Below, piece by piece: positions 26,918-35,753 of a DNA stretch of 64,000 nucleotides. The DNA comes from a virus. Its lineage: Duplodnaviria > Caudoviricetes. The notes beneath the pieces are model-generated. The model searched no databases, was not told where the DNA came from, and saw only the letters and a list, made by a program, of their open reading frames with translations. The stretch lies in the IMG/VR virus record IMGVR_UViG_3300011335_000826, positions 24,254-88,253 of that record; one strand, given 5' to 3'. Within the stretch, counting starts at the first letter, position 1. Each line of letters starts with the position of its first letter. Position numbers and translations under genes: made by a program.

Positions 26918-27798
26918 AAATCGCATTAGCAAGTGATGTCCACCTAGAGTTTGGACCACTGGAAATCAACAATACTGACGGGGCTGATGTGCTCATCCTC
27001 AGCGGTGACATCTGTGTGGCTCGTGATCTTGGTGATCGCGATGTGCATAACCTATTGGGTGAGCATACCAAGAGTCACAGATACCATACATTCTTTGAAT
27101 ACTGTGCCGCACGGTTTCCTAATGTGATCTACATCGCAGGCAATCATGAGCACTACAACGGTGATTATGCCACCTCGATTCCACATTTGAAAGACAAGTT
27201 GAGTTACTTGAAGAACCTGCATGTGTTGGAAAAAGAAACTATCACACTAGGTGATGTGACCTTTGTGTGTGGAACCCTGTGGACCAACATGAACAAAGAA
27301 GATCCGCGCACACTGAGCAGTATCCGTGGCATGATGAATGACTACAGGGTGATCCGTAACAGCAGCAAAAAAGTAACATTCAAAAGTTACATGCCCGATC
27401 CTGAGAATCCTGACAAAGACATCTTTACATTTCAGGAGCGTGATGCCACTTTCTGCCCAGAGGATTCCGTTGAAGATCACAAGGCCATGCTTGCTGTGAT
27501 CCGTGAGGCTGTGGCTGAGAACCCTGCTGGAAAGTTTGTGGTGGTAGGACATCACTCGCCCAGCAAACTCAGCACCAAGCCAGAGTATGAACGCGATGTC
27601 ATCGTGAATGGTGCGTATAGTTCAGACTTGAGCGAGTTGATGTTGGATCATCCGCAGATCCGTATGTGGACACATGGGCACACTCATCATGAGTTCGACT
27701 ACATGATTGGCACATGCCGAGTGGTATGCAACCCACGCGGCTATCATGGGTATGAGCCGCAGGCTGCGGATTGGCAGTTGAAAACTTTTGAGGTGTAG
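26914..27798 (+). CDS. Calcineurin-like metallophosphoesterase
   Basis: SDVHLE, SGDI, GNHEHY, GHH, HGHTH. Start at ATG 26914. Confidence 0.92.
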   Translation: MKIALASDVHLEFGPLEINNTDGADVLILSGDICVARDLGDRDVHNLLGEHTKSHRYHTFFEYCAARFPNVIYIAGNHEHYNGDYATSIPHLKDKLSYLKNLHVLEKETITLGDVTFVCGTLWTNMNKEDPRTLSSIRGMMNDYRVIRNSSKKVTFKSYMPDPENPDKDIFTFQERDATFCPEDSVEDHKAMLAVIREAVAENPAGKFVVVGHHSPSKLSTKPEYERDVIVNGAYSSDLSELMLDHPQIRMWTHGHTHHEFDYMIGTCRVVCNPRGYHGYEPQAADWQLKTFEV

Positions 27799-27799
27799 T

Positions 27800-27979
27800 A
27801 TGACTGAAGCAACAAAATCCTGGACAGTGACCCTTGAAGAAGCCGACGACGGAAGTGGTGACCTTGTACTACCATTCCCGCAGGACATGCTGGATGAAGT
27901 GGGGTGGAATCCCGGCGACAACTTGAAGTGGGCGGACCGTGGAGATGGCACTTGGGAAATCCGCAAGGTTGAAGAATGA
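27800..27979 (+). CDS. AbrB/MazE-like small protein
   Basis: GDLVLPFP...L...GW..GD.LKW. Confidence 0.75.
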   Translation: MTEATKSWTVTLEEADDGSGDLVLPFPQDMLDEVGWNPGDNLKWADRGDGTWEIRKVEE

Positions 27980-28200
27980 ACGAACGAATTAGACAACTTG
28001 CTGAACAGGCTTCGACCACAACAACCTCATATTATGATGGCAGAGGTAATGTGACTCAAACTGTTTTTGATAAAGAAAAGTTCGCCGAGTTGATTGTGCA
28101 GGAATGTGCTGGCCGGGTGGATCATATCCTGCGTGAGCGGCAGGCGGGCGGTGGAACCATGGGTGATGACATTAGAGAACATTTCGGAGTTGAAGAATGA
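27976..28200 (+). CDS. Small hypothetical protein, tandem paralogue A
   Basis: MNERIRQLAEQA...KFAELIVQEC...IREHFGVEE. Confidence 0.75.
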   Translation: MNERIRQLAEQASTTTTSYYDGRGNVTQTVFDKEKFAELIVQECAGRVDHILRERQAGGGTMGDDIREHFGVEE

Positions 28201-28472
28201 AACAAAAACTAATAGATCAACTTTTACACAAGGCTGGTGCTCGCTTTGGTGCCGAGGGCACTGACTATTCCGATTTTACATCAAGCAAGTTTGCTGAACT
28301 GATCATCAACGAATGTATCGACCAAGTGGCAGGAACAAAGATCGTGGGTCAGTTATCAGGAGACAAGTTTGCTGAATTATCTGAATCAGCCGACAACAAA
28401 TACAAACAGTGGAACAATGCATTGGTCATTGCCACTATGAATGTTAGAGATCACTTTGGAATCAAAGAATGA
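28197..28472 (+). CDS. Small hypothetical protein, tandem paralogue B
   Basis: KFAELIINEC...VRDHFGIKE. Confidence 0.75.
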   Translation: MKQKLIDQLLHKAGARFGAEGTDYSDFTSSKFAELIINECIDQVAGTKIVGQLSGDKFAELSESADNKYKQWNNALVIATMNVRDHFGIKE

Positions 28473-28663
28473 AAGTATACAAAGTTCGCCACGCAGAGAC
28501 CAAGTTGTTCCGTACAGCAGGGGTATACACACGCTGGGACCGAGTGGGCAAGACCTGGGATACTATTGGCAAACTACGAACCATGATAACTTGTTCTCTA
28601 AAATTTAGAGACGTCAATAACGATTTTGGCAACTGGCAAATGAAAAAAGAAGTAAATCATTGA
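28469..28663 (+). CDS. Hypothetical protein, probably C-terminally truncated
   Basis: VYKVRH..T.LF..AG...W...GKTW. The tail runs into a homing-endonuclease remnant. Confidence 0.6.
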   Translation: MKVYKVRHAETKLFRTAGVYTRWDRVGKTWDTIGKLRTMITCSLKFRDVNNDFGNWQMKKEVNH

Positions 28664-28764
28664 CTGGAAAACAAAAGCCAGTTATACTGTGCCCACACTG
28701 TGGAAAATCTGGTGGTGCTCCACAAATGAAACAATGGCATTTCGATAAATGTAAAGGAAAATAA
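28636..28764 (+). pseudogene. 3' remnant of a homing endonuclease (NUMOD3-like segment plus Zn finger)
   Basis: An untracked frame reads ANEKRSKSLTGKQKPVILCPHCGKSGGAPQMKQWHFDKCKGK*. No upstream ATG start, and an in-frame stop lies at 28618. Confidence 0.7.
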
Positions 28765-28765
28765 A

Positions 28766-29446
28766 ATGCGTGTCTGGATATCTAACTACCGTAATCACTG
28801 GGTCAGCCCCTACACCATCCTCAAAGCCATTTGCTTCTGGGAAAAAGACGACGATGTGTTTTACAACCATCTCGACGAACCCAACCACAAATACGACAAG
28901 TGGATCAACCGCCTGACTCCGTTCTGCACTGCATGGATGAAGTTCTTGGACTTTGTGCATCCCAAGATTGAGTATGTGAAGATCGACTACTACGACACTT
29001 GGAGCATGGATCACACCCTGGCTCACATGATCCTGCCCATGCTCAAGCAACTGAAAGCCACCAAACATGGTGCTCCGTTAGTGGACGATGAAGATGTGCC
29101 CGAAGGCGTTGGCCTGCGTAGCACAGAAGCAGGCCCAAAAGAAAACGAATGGGACACTGACGACAATCACTTTAAGCGTTGGGATTGGGTGTTGGATGAG
29201 ATGATCTTTGCGTTTGAATGCAAAATGGATGACTCCTGGGAAGATGCATTCCGCGAAGGCGAGATCGACTGGAAATGGAAGGTGTCCAATACTGATCCTG
29301 TGACCGGTAAACCCACTTTGTATCAGACTGAAGACGGCCCCAACCACACCTACAAGTGCGATTACGAAGGCATGCGAGTGGTTGAGAAACGCATCCAGAA
29401 CGGCTTCCGACTGTTTGGTCGATACTACCAGAATCTCTGGGACTGA
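28766..29446 (+). CDS. Conserved phage hypothetical protein
   Basis: YVKID.YDTWSMD.TLA...P.LKQLK..KHG.P...W..VLDEMIFAF. Confidence 0.8.
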   Translation: MRVWISNYRNHWVSPYTILKAICFWEKDDDVFYNHLDEPNHKYDKWINRLTPFCTAWMKFLDFVHPKIEYVKIDYYDTWSMDHTLAHMILPMLKQLKATKHGAPLVDDEDVPEGVGLRSTEAGPKENEWDTDDNHFKRWDWVLDEMIFAFECKMDDSWEDAFREGEIDWKWKVSNTDPVTGKPTLYQTEDGPNHTYKCDYEGMRVVEKRIQNGFRLFGRYYQNLWD

Positions 29447-29907
29447 TGAGCAATGTCCTCAAAGGGCGTGATAGCTTTGATGCTACCGCTGGCAATGTAT
29501 TGGTGCCGTTTATCAATCGGAGTGCGGTTCCTTACGCCACAGAAAGTTCCGGGCCCAAGTTTGATCTTGTGCCTGTGGAAAAGCAAAAAGACATCATGCT
29601 CAACGTGGCCAGAATGCATGCCCAACAGGAATATGATCGGATCATGGAACTGGTGAGTGTGCTGGAGCGTCAAGCTCAACAGATCAAACGGCGACTGGAG
29701 ATCACGGATGCTGTGCATGCCGCAGAGTATCAGTTCCAGATAGCACATGGAAAGAACTATTGGTTGGTGTATGACACAAGGAAAAACATCAATCGATTGT
29801 GCATGCGAGGCCCCGAGGGTTGGAGTTCAGGTCCACCAGAGGATTATCAATATATCGCCCAGGTGCAATGGCTAGGTGATCACTCATGGATAGAAGTGAA
29901 TGTTTAA
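29446..29907 (+). CDS. DUF2452-like protein
   Basis: PY.T....PKFD...QQEYDRI...YWL...GPE.W. Confidence 0.65.
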   Translation: MSNVLKGRDSFDATAGNVLVPFINRSAVPYATESSGPKFDLVPVEKQKDIMLNVARMHAQQEYDRIMELVSVLERQAQQIKRRLEITDAVHAAEYQFQIAHGKNYWLVYDTRKNINRLCMRGPEGWSSGPPEDYQYIAQVQWLGDHSWIEVNV

Positions 29908-30139
29908 AAATCTAATAGATCAGTTAGAGGCAACCAAAACCCGGGCCAGAGAGTTACGGATCACCCGCACAGATTTCGAACATTGGCAAAAACTTTACAC
30001 CTGGGATGCCATAAAGGGCATAGCATATGGAGAGAGTTTCTGCAAGTATTTTGAAATCTATGATGTGTTTTTGATGGTCATGAAGCATTGGGCCACAGCG
30101 GATCTAGAACTGTATATCCAGGAAGAGTATGTGGTCTGA
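29900..30139 (+). CDS. Hypothetical protein
   Basis: ORF track, overlaps both neighbours. Confidence 0.65.
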   Translation: MFKNLIDQLEATKTRARELRITRTDFEHWQKLYTWDAIKGIAYGESFCKYFEIYDVFLMVMKHWATADLELYIQEEYVV

Positions 30140-30368
30140 AGTGGTGTTTGAGGGTGCCGGACCGGCTCAGGGCATGGAGATGGCGTGGGCATTACGGGAT
30201 GCTGGATTGGTGCTAGACAAGGATTTTACTTGGTGCTACATTCCCAAGGCTGCGGATCCAGTTACCATAAACGAATGGTCACTGTTTGAAAAAAATGTAA
30301 GAAAAGTGATCATTGGATTCCAGGATCCTGCTATGGCAACCTTTTATAGCCTAAAGTGGCAGAGGTAG
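30129..30368 (+). CDS. F-x-L-[KR]-W family small protein
   Basis: Ends IGFQDPAMATFYSLKWQR. Confidence 0.75.
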   Translation: MWSEVVFEGAGPAQGMEMAWALRDAGLVLDKDFTWCYIPKAADPVTINEWSLFEKNVRKVIIGFQDPAMATFYSLKWQR

Positions 30369-30393
30369 CAGATAAGTGCATATATAAAGATAC

Positions 30394-30627
30394 ATGCAAG
30401 TTTTAGAAAATTATGTCATACGCGACAAGGAAAGTTTCAAACATTCACATGAACTCAGAAAAAAAACAGGTATCCTGGATCATGTGATCGAGTGGTGCAA
30501 AGACGAACTGGTAGGTGATTGGCGATGGCAACTGGTAGAGATGAGCAGCCATCAACAACCAGGTAGATATATTTTTTATTTTGACAGTGAACGAGATTAT
30601 TTCGCATTTTTATTGAAGTGGCAATAA
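30394..30627 (+). CDS. F-x-L-[KR]-W family small protein
   Basis: IEWCKDEL...YIFYFDSERDYFAFLLKWQ, junction ATTGAAGTGGCAATAATG. Confidence 0.8.
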   Translation: MQVLENYVIRDKESFKHSHELRKKTGILDHVIEWCKDELVGDWRWQLVEMSSHQQPGRYIFYFDSERDYFAFLLKWQ

Positions 30628-30923
30628 TGAGCACAGAACAAGACAAATTCAAACACAGCAAGCGATTGCTCAAAGACGAGAACGCTATCAACAAACAACT
30701 GAAGATTGCCAAAGCACACGGCTCATCAGATGATAAGAATGTTAAAAATCCACATCGACTGGCCAAGCAGCATGCCATGGATTGCGGTAATCCACAATGT
30801 TTGCTATGTTCGAGTGCAAAGGTTTTAGGGGAGCCAACTATAAAACAAAAGAGGTTTGATCAAAACATAGAAGAACCCAGAGATAAACGCAGCAACGGAC
30901 TAACCAATCAAGAGGACCTATAA
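30627..30923 (+). CDS. Hypothetical protein with Cys motif
   Basis: HRLAK.HAMDCGNPQCLLC, TAATG-coupled. Confidence 0.7.
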   Translation: MSTEQDKFKHSKRLLKDENAINKQLKIAKAHGSSDDKNVKNPHRLAKQHAMDCGNPQCLLCSSAKVLGEPTIKQKRFDQNIEEPRDKRSNGLTNQEDL

Positions 30924-31198
30924 TGAGTATCGAATCAGCAACCAACATGTTTCTTTGTTTTATCATGCTGGGCTTTACTGGCATCACAACAGCAGCCACT
31001 ATCATTGCTATCAACAACATGTTCGCACGGTGGTGGAAGCCAGTGCAGTGGTCAGTGTATACCTGGATCGATCACCACACTTCTAAAAATCCGGATTTCC
31101 AACATCCGGAGGATTCAACTTTGGTTGCAACCGCAGTTGACCCTCACAAACCCTGGCCCGCACCTAGATTCACAAAATCAGTTGACGCAAAGGCCTAA
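30923..31198 (+). CDS. Membrane-anchored hypothetical protein
   Basis: N-terminal hydrophobic helix, WWKPV. Confidence 0.65.
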   Translation: MSIESATNMFLCFIMLGFTGITTAATIIAINNMFARWWKPVQWSVYTWIDHHTSKNPDFQHPEDSTLVATAVDPHKPWPAPRFTKSVDAKA

Positions 31199-31211
31199 TT
31201 CGTGCTATACT
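31182..31211 (+). promoter_or_regulatory. Sigma70-type early promoter
   Basis: TTGACG-N18-TATACT. Confidence 0.65.
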
Positions 31212-31236
31212 AACTATATGTTAGCAAGGAGATCCT

Positions 31237-31461
31237 ATGATCCGAATTGAAAATCTTTCCGCAGAGCAGCACCAAATGCTGGACTTGATCTGGAGTTTTA
31301 ACAGCCAGGACGAATACCTAGACTGGTATAGTGAACTGGACGAACCCGACCGCATGCAAGCCTTGGTGTTGATGCGACTCATGGCCTATGAGGTGTTGGA
31401 ACATCGTGTGGGCGAGTTTCGTGATCAAGCCCGTGAACTGCTAGAACAGTTCCGACTGTGA
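31237..31461 (+). CDS. Hypothetical protein
   Basis: SD AAGGAG, ORF track. Confidence 0.75.
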   Translation: MIRIENLSAEQHQMLDLIWSFNSQDEYLDWYSELDEPDRMQALVLMRLMAYEVLEHRVGEFRDQARELLEQFRL

Positions 31462-31808
31462 TGGACGAGGACGAAGAATCACGCCCGCGCACATTTTGCG
31501 TGATGTGGGATTGCAACGGTCTTGAGTCCATCGGAGAGATTGTTGATCCTGCATTGAAAACCTGGGCCATACTAGCCAACAAGCCTGTGCCCCGAGAAGA
31601 TTTCAATGTGTTGCACTGGCAAATGAGAGCACGAAACAATACACAACGGTGTTATGAGATCTATGCTATTGGTGTGGATGGCAGTATCACTCAGGAAGAT
31701 ATCGCGGCCATGTTCAAGACAGATCCACAATACGCCGCGGATCTGATCCGTACTCGGGGTGAGAAGATCTACAGTGATCGTAGAAGCCAGAAGGATGCTA
31801 TCACATGA
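31461..31808 (+). CDS. Hypothetical protein
   Basis: MWDCNGLE...RAR.N.QR.YEIY. Confidence 0.75.
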   Translation: MDEDEESRPRTFCVMWDCNGLESIGEIVDPALKTWAILANKPVPREDFNVLHWQMRARNNTQRCYEIYAIGVDGSITQEDIAAMFKTDPQYAADLIRTRGEKIYSDRRSQKDAIT

Positions 31809-32341
31809 CCCCTGCTCAACTTCGTGATGGTATCTTTGCCTTAAACACTCGTCGTTTTGGTACTGTGGCAGAGATCATGGTCAAACGACTCAAGAGCTTG
31901 GGCAAAAGCCAGAGCATGTTCCATGATCTATATGATACGGATACCAAACAACGAGTAGAGGTCAAGTTCAGCAGAGTTGGACAGAACTTGGACAAGCTCA
32001 CTGAAAACAACTTGTTGGAATGTATCTTGAAAGAGCAAGGAACAGACCGTAGAATTGCTTTCAACAACTGGACTCGGCATCGTTTCCTGTGCAATATACA
32101 GCAGGTTAAACGGTCAGAATTTGAAGTGCTGTACTATGGCATGTTCTTTGATGATTTTGTTAAGATCTTTCGTATCACGCCGGATCAGATTGATTCTAGC
32201 ATTGGATACGGAGATAAGCAGCACAAAGGCAATGTTGGTGAAGGACAGTTTCACATCACTGAAAAGACCTTGCAAATCCACTTGGATCGGTTTTACCATC
32301 ATACCTTGACCTACCAGGACTTGCTGGCATTGTTGAGTTGA
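31805..32341 (+). CDS. Putative PD-(D/E)XK restriction-like endonuclease
   Basis: FG..AE...HDL......RVEVKF (D...E-x-K), NIQQVK. Confidence 0.55.
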   Translation: MTPAQLRDGIFALNTRRFGTVAEIMVKRLKSLGKSQSMFHDLYDTDTKQRVEVKFSRVGQNLDKLTENNLLECILKEQGTDRRIAFNNWTRHRFLCNIQQVKRSEFEVLYYGMFFDDFVKIFRITPDQIDSSIGYGDKQHKGNVGEGQFHITEKTLQIHLDRFYHHTLTYQDLLALLS

Positions 32342-32366
32342 CAATTCATGCAGATTCAGTTATAAT
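32338..32366 (+). promoter_or_regulatory. Sigma70-type promoter
   Basis: TTGACA-N17-TATAAT, perfect consensus. Confidence 0.85.
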
Positions 32367-32386
32367 AGAGTTTTGATTGGACAAAC

Positions 32387-32968
32387 ATGGCAAAATATTT
32401 AGAAAAAGAACTGTTGGCTACGCTGGATGAATATCGGCATAAGATTTTTTCTCTGCGCGAGGAGGCCTATCGGTTGACGGGTATTGATGTGTTAGACAAT
32501 GATACCTTGAGCGCACTCAGCATCTACGAGATCGTCAGCAAGTACGACAAAAATTACAATATCAATTTTGCTCGAAACGGTGAAGATGCCAAGAGCCTGA
32601 CGGAAAATCTTGAACAGAAGATCGAGATGAAGGCCAGTCGTATTGAGCGCATGAAGCGTAGTGGACTTTATGGGCTGGCAGGATTTCAATTCCATGCCAT
32701 GGGCGATCTTGAATACTATCGTTATATCTTTGTCACACGCGACAAAGTCACCCTCAAGTTGATCAAAATCTATGATATCTCTGCAGAAGAAAATTGTCTG
32801 CAGATACAAGCGCATCTGCTGGCTGAAAGAGAAGCATGGTTGGCCCGTGGTCGTGCTGATGAAACAAAAATGAAGCACGATCTTATCATTTTGCCAGAAG
32901 CACTGTTGAAGGTTCTTGAAGGTTCTACTACAAAAACAGTCAATGGAGTAGAAGTTGTAATGGCATGA
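32387..32968 (+). CDS. Putative PvuII-like type II restriction endonuclease
   Basis: RNGEDA...IEMKAS...FQFHAM...YIFV..KIY parallels PvuII REGNDA...YELKS...FSTHHHM...WIFA..AIY (PvuII sequence recalled from memory). Confidence 0.55.
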   Translation: MAKYLEKELLATLDEYRHKIFSLREEAYRLTGIDVLDNDTLSALSIYEIVSKYDKNYNINFARNGEDAKSLTENLEQKIEMKASRIERMKRSGLYGLAGFQFHAMGDLEYYRYIFVTRDKVTLKLIKIYDISAEENCLQIQAHLLAEREAWLARGRADETKMKHDLIILPEALLKVLEGSTTKTVNGVEVVMA

Positions 32969-34209
32969 AATTTACACAACAAGATTTTTTAAAACTATTC
33001 AACTTACAAAAGAACATCTCGTTTGAAGACTTCTCTAAGAAGTTGGCAGTGCTCAACGGCAGCGACATTTCAGGTACTTTTGCCGTACGCAGTGATCTAG
33101 ACACCTTCATCGCCCGGGTTGCAAAAAAAGACAATAGGGGTGCTCGTTTGGATGAATACAAGCGCAAACTCTATCGCATCATAGTGCAAGAGCCCGAGGT
33201 GGCATTGGCAGCTTGGTTCCACCGCACTGCCGCAGTTACAGAGGACTTGGATTTCTATTTCCAAATACCTGATGCCACTGTGCGGGTTGGCGATACCTTT
33301 GCAGGTCGCACATTAGCCAAGTACGGGCGTGTGTGCAAGAACATCAACTTTGACAATTTCTTCAATACCAAGAAGCTGTATGCCAATGACTTTGAGTACA
33401 CCTTTGGTATGTTGAAAGCCATGTTTGAAGATTGCAAACTTCGCAACAGTTTGGTGGGCCCGGCATTCTTTGATCATATCTGCAAACTAGAAGATGACTA
33501 CAATCAGTTCTGGGCAGACTTCATGATGGGATGCAACCGTGCCAGCATTTTTAATCCTGTGACCTATCGCGGGATCATGGAAGAACTATTCACAGGCGAC
33601 ACCATCTTTGCTCCGTGTATGGGGTGGAATGCGTATCAGTTGGGATTCTACAACAGCAACTGGAAGAAGTTTATCTCCACAGATGTGATTCCGGGTGTGG
33701 TGGACAATGGCAAAAAGTTACATGCGGAATGGCAGGCATACAAGGATCGAAGCTTGTTTGAGATCGAAGACAAGACCGTTGATCTTTATCTATGCCCAAG
33801 CGAACTGCTAGATCAACGACATAATTTTGTGAACAAGTATCGAGATCAAGTTGATGCGGTATTGTTTAGCCCTCCTTATTATGATTTGGAAATCTATCCA
33901 GGTGCAGAACAAAGCTTCACTAATTATCCTGAATATGCAGATTGGCTTGAAAACTATTGGGAGGTCACTGTTAAAACGGCCAAGGCTGTTCTTCGCCCAG
34001 GAGGTAAATTTGCGTTCGTTATCAGCAACTATCGCAACAAAGCAAAACAAGAAGTCACAATAAGTGAAGACATGCGAGATGTTGTTGAAAAGCATTTGGG
34101 TGAACCAACACATTACAAAGTTCAATGGAGTGCTATCGCTGGCGGTAGACAAGCTAAAAAGATGAAGGATGGAAATTTCGAAGACCTTTGGGTGTTTGAA
34201 AAGAAATAA
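32965..34209 (+). CDS. Amino (N4-C or N6-A) DNA methyltransferase
   Basis: SAM-binding FAPCMGW, catalytic FSPPY, LRPGGKFAF. ATGA-coupled to the endonuclease-like gene. Confidence 0.8.
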   Translation: MKFTQQDFLKLFNLQKNISFEDFSKKLAVLNGSDISGTFAVRSDLDTFIARVAKKDNRGARLDEYKRKLYRIIVQEPEVALAAWFHRTAAVTEDLDFYFQIPDATVRVGDTFAGRTLAKYGRVCKNINFDNFFNTKKLYANDFEYTFGMLKAMFEDCKLRNSLVGPAFFDHICKLEDDYNQFWADFMMGCNRASIFNPVTYRGIMEELFTGDTIFAPCMGWNAYQLGFYNSNWKKFISTDVIPGVVDNGKKLHAEWQAYKDRSLFEIEDKTVDLYLCPSELLDQRHNFVNKYRDQVDAVLFSPPYYDLEIYPGAEQSFTNYPEYADWLENYWEVTVKTAKAVLRPGGKFAFVISNYRNKAKQEVTISEDMRDVVEKHLGEPTHYKVQWSAIAGGRQAKKMKDGNFEDLWVFEKK

Positions 34210-34210
34210 T

Positions 34211-34636
34211 ATGTTTTATTTTGCATACGGAATGAATACCAATCGAACCAGTATGACCTGGAGATGCCCTGGCGCAGTCCCGTTTGGTCACGCTCGATTA
34301 TTGGATCATGAGTTTAGATTCAGCCACCATGCCGATGTTGTGGTCAGCCCAGGAGAAAGTGTGGATGGAGTATTATGGTTGATCGATGAAGACCATCTGG
34401 CGGATTTGGATACGCTAGAAGGTTATCCCTCATATTATGATCGTAGTATATTACCAGTTGAATATCAAGGTAATATTATCATGGCGGAATGTTATAGGAT
34501 GCAACCAGATAATATAGACAGTCGTCCTAGTAAAGGATATTTAGATATGATATTCGAGGGTTATCAAACATATAATATCCCTAACGATCAAATATGGAAT
34601 GCGCTGGGCAGGATTCCAACTCTGCTTGCAAACTAA
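34211..34636 (+). CDS. Gamma-glutamylcyclotransferase (AIG2-like) family protein
   Basis: YFAYGMN, V.GVLW, LD.LEGYP..Y. Confidence 0.88.
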   Translation: MFYFAYGMNTNRTSMTWRCPGAVPFGHARLLDHEFRFSHHADVVVSPGESVDGVLWLIDEDHLADLDTLEGYPSYYDRSILPVEYQGNIIMAECYRMQPDNIDSRPSKGYLDMIFEGYQTYNIPNDQIWNALGRIPTLLAN

Positions 34637-34656
34637 ATGTTGCAAAAAAGCCACAG

Positions 34657-34744
34657 AAAATCGCAACTTTCTTTGTAGAAATCGGTAGACCAGTATTGCT
34701 CGAAATGCTATAATACACACATGAACAGCAAAAAGGAGTCTACT
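34657..34744 (+). promoter_or_regulatory. Repeated early promoter module, copy 2
   Basis: AAAATCGCAACTTT-N15-TAGACC-N17-TATAAT-ACACACATG-AACAGCAAAAAGGAGT. Confidence 0.8.
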
Positions 34745-35020
34745 ATGTATTACATCATCGTTCGTGCTACTGGACTTATCGCAACTGATGGTCCTAACAA
34801 GGCCCGTTCCTACAAGACCCGTGGTGCTGCTCAAGCCACCCGCACTCGTCTGTGCCGCAAAGCAGGTTGGAGTGCTGGCGAACTCAGCATTGTTGACATC
34901 AAAGATTACAAACCACGCATGGTCACCCGCAAGAACCTCATGAGCGGTGCAGAGTTCCAAGAGGATGTGAACACACCTTACTTCTGCTCGCCCTCTTCTG
35001 AAACTTACTGGAGCATGTGA
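34745..35020 (+). CDS. Early hypothetical protein
   Basis: Start after AAGGAG, NTPYFCSPSSETYWSM. Confidence 0.75.
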   Translation: MYYIIVRATGLIATDGPNKARSYKTRGAAQATRTRLCRKAGWSAGELSIVDIKDYKPRMVTRKNLMSGAEFQEDVNTPYFCSPSSETYWSM

Positions 35021-35024
35021 GATC

Positions 35025-35348
35025 ATGCAAAACAAAGATCTAGAAACACAAGGTGCGAACCTAAAATGGTTCGCGGCACGAGATGCTCGCATGCGTAGCT
35101 ATGCCCAGAGCACAACTTACAGTGAGCAGGCCAAACTGCGAGCAGAGCGTATGCGTGGCGCTCTTGAACTGTGCTATGCACACAAAGAGGTGCATATAAA
35201 CTATCGTCAGCGTTTCATCGCTATCAAGATAGATGGTGCCGAGGTGCGGCGTAAAAAAGATCTTGCCTTGCTGGAAGCAGATTGGGCCAAGGAAGGTATC
35301 ATCAAACGCACATCAGCCCAAGGTGTGATCTATCGCATTCCGCGATAA
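35025..35348 (+). CDS. Hypothetical protein
   Basis: ORF track, in operon. Confidence 0.7.
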   Translation: MQNKDLETQGANLKWFAARDARMRSYAQSTTYSEQAKLRAERMRGALELCYAHKEVHINYRQRFIAIKIDGAEVRRKKDLALLEADWAKEGIIKRTSAQGVIYRIPR

Positions 35349-35357
35349 GGAGAAAGT

Positions 35358-35486
35358 ATGACCAAGTTCATCGTTGGTTTCGTGTTAGGCATAGTAGTCA
35401 GCACCATTGGCTTCACGGGATTGGCTCGTGTGGCAGATCGTGGTGTTGAATCAATCAAACAATCTTCACAAGAGGTAGCAAAATGA
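35358..35486 (+). CDS. Small membrane protein (42 aa)
   Basis: Read manually: MTKFIVGFVLGIVVSTIGFTGLARVADRGVESIKQSSQEVAK. SD AAGGAG. Confidence 0.7.
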   Translation: MTKFIVGFVLGIVVSTIGFTGLARVADRGVESIKQSSQEVAK

Positions 35487-35740
35487 AAAAAGACAAAAAA
35501 TCCAAAACGGCCCAAGTGCCAAAAACCGTGGATCGTTTCGATCTGGAATCTCAGATCATGGCCTGTTGGGGCATGGTAGACGATCTCCGAGCATTCGCCA
35601 ACTCCGGTGCCGACACCGATGAGCTGCGAGCCCTGTCCAAAGTATACGACCGTAAATTCGACATCCTGTTCGAGACCTTCTCGACCATGATCTCGGAAGG
35701 TCAGTTTGTTGAACACATTCGGCAAACTCCCCAAATCTAA
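35483..35740 (+). CDS. Hypothetical protein
   Basis: DRFDLE.QIM.CW..VDDL...Y..KF..L. Confidence 0.75.
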   Translation: MKKDKKSKTAQVPKTVDRFDLESQIMACWGMVDDLRAFANSGADTDELRALSKVYDRKFDILFETFSTMISEGQFVEHIRQTPQI

Positions 35741-35753
35741 ATTAACAAAGAGG

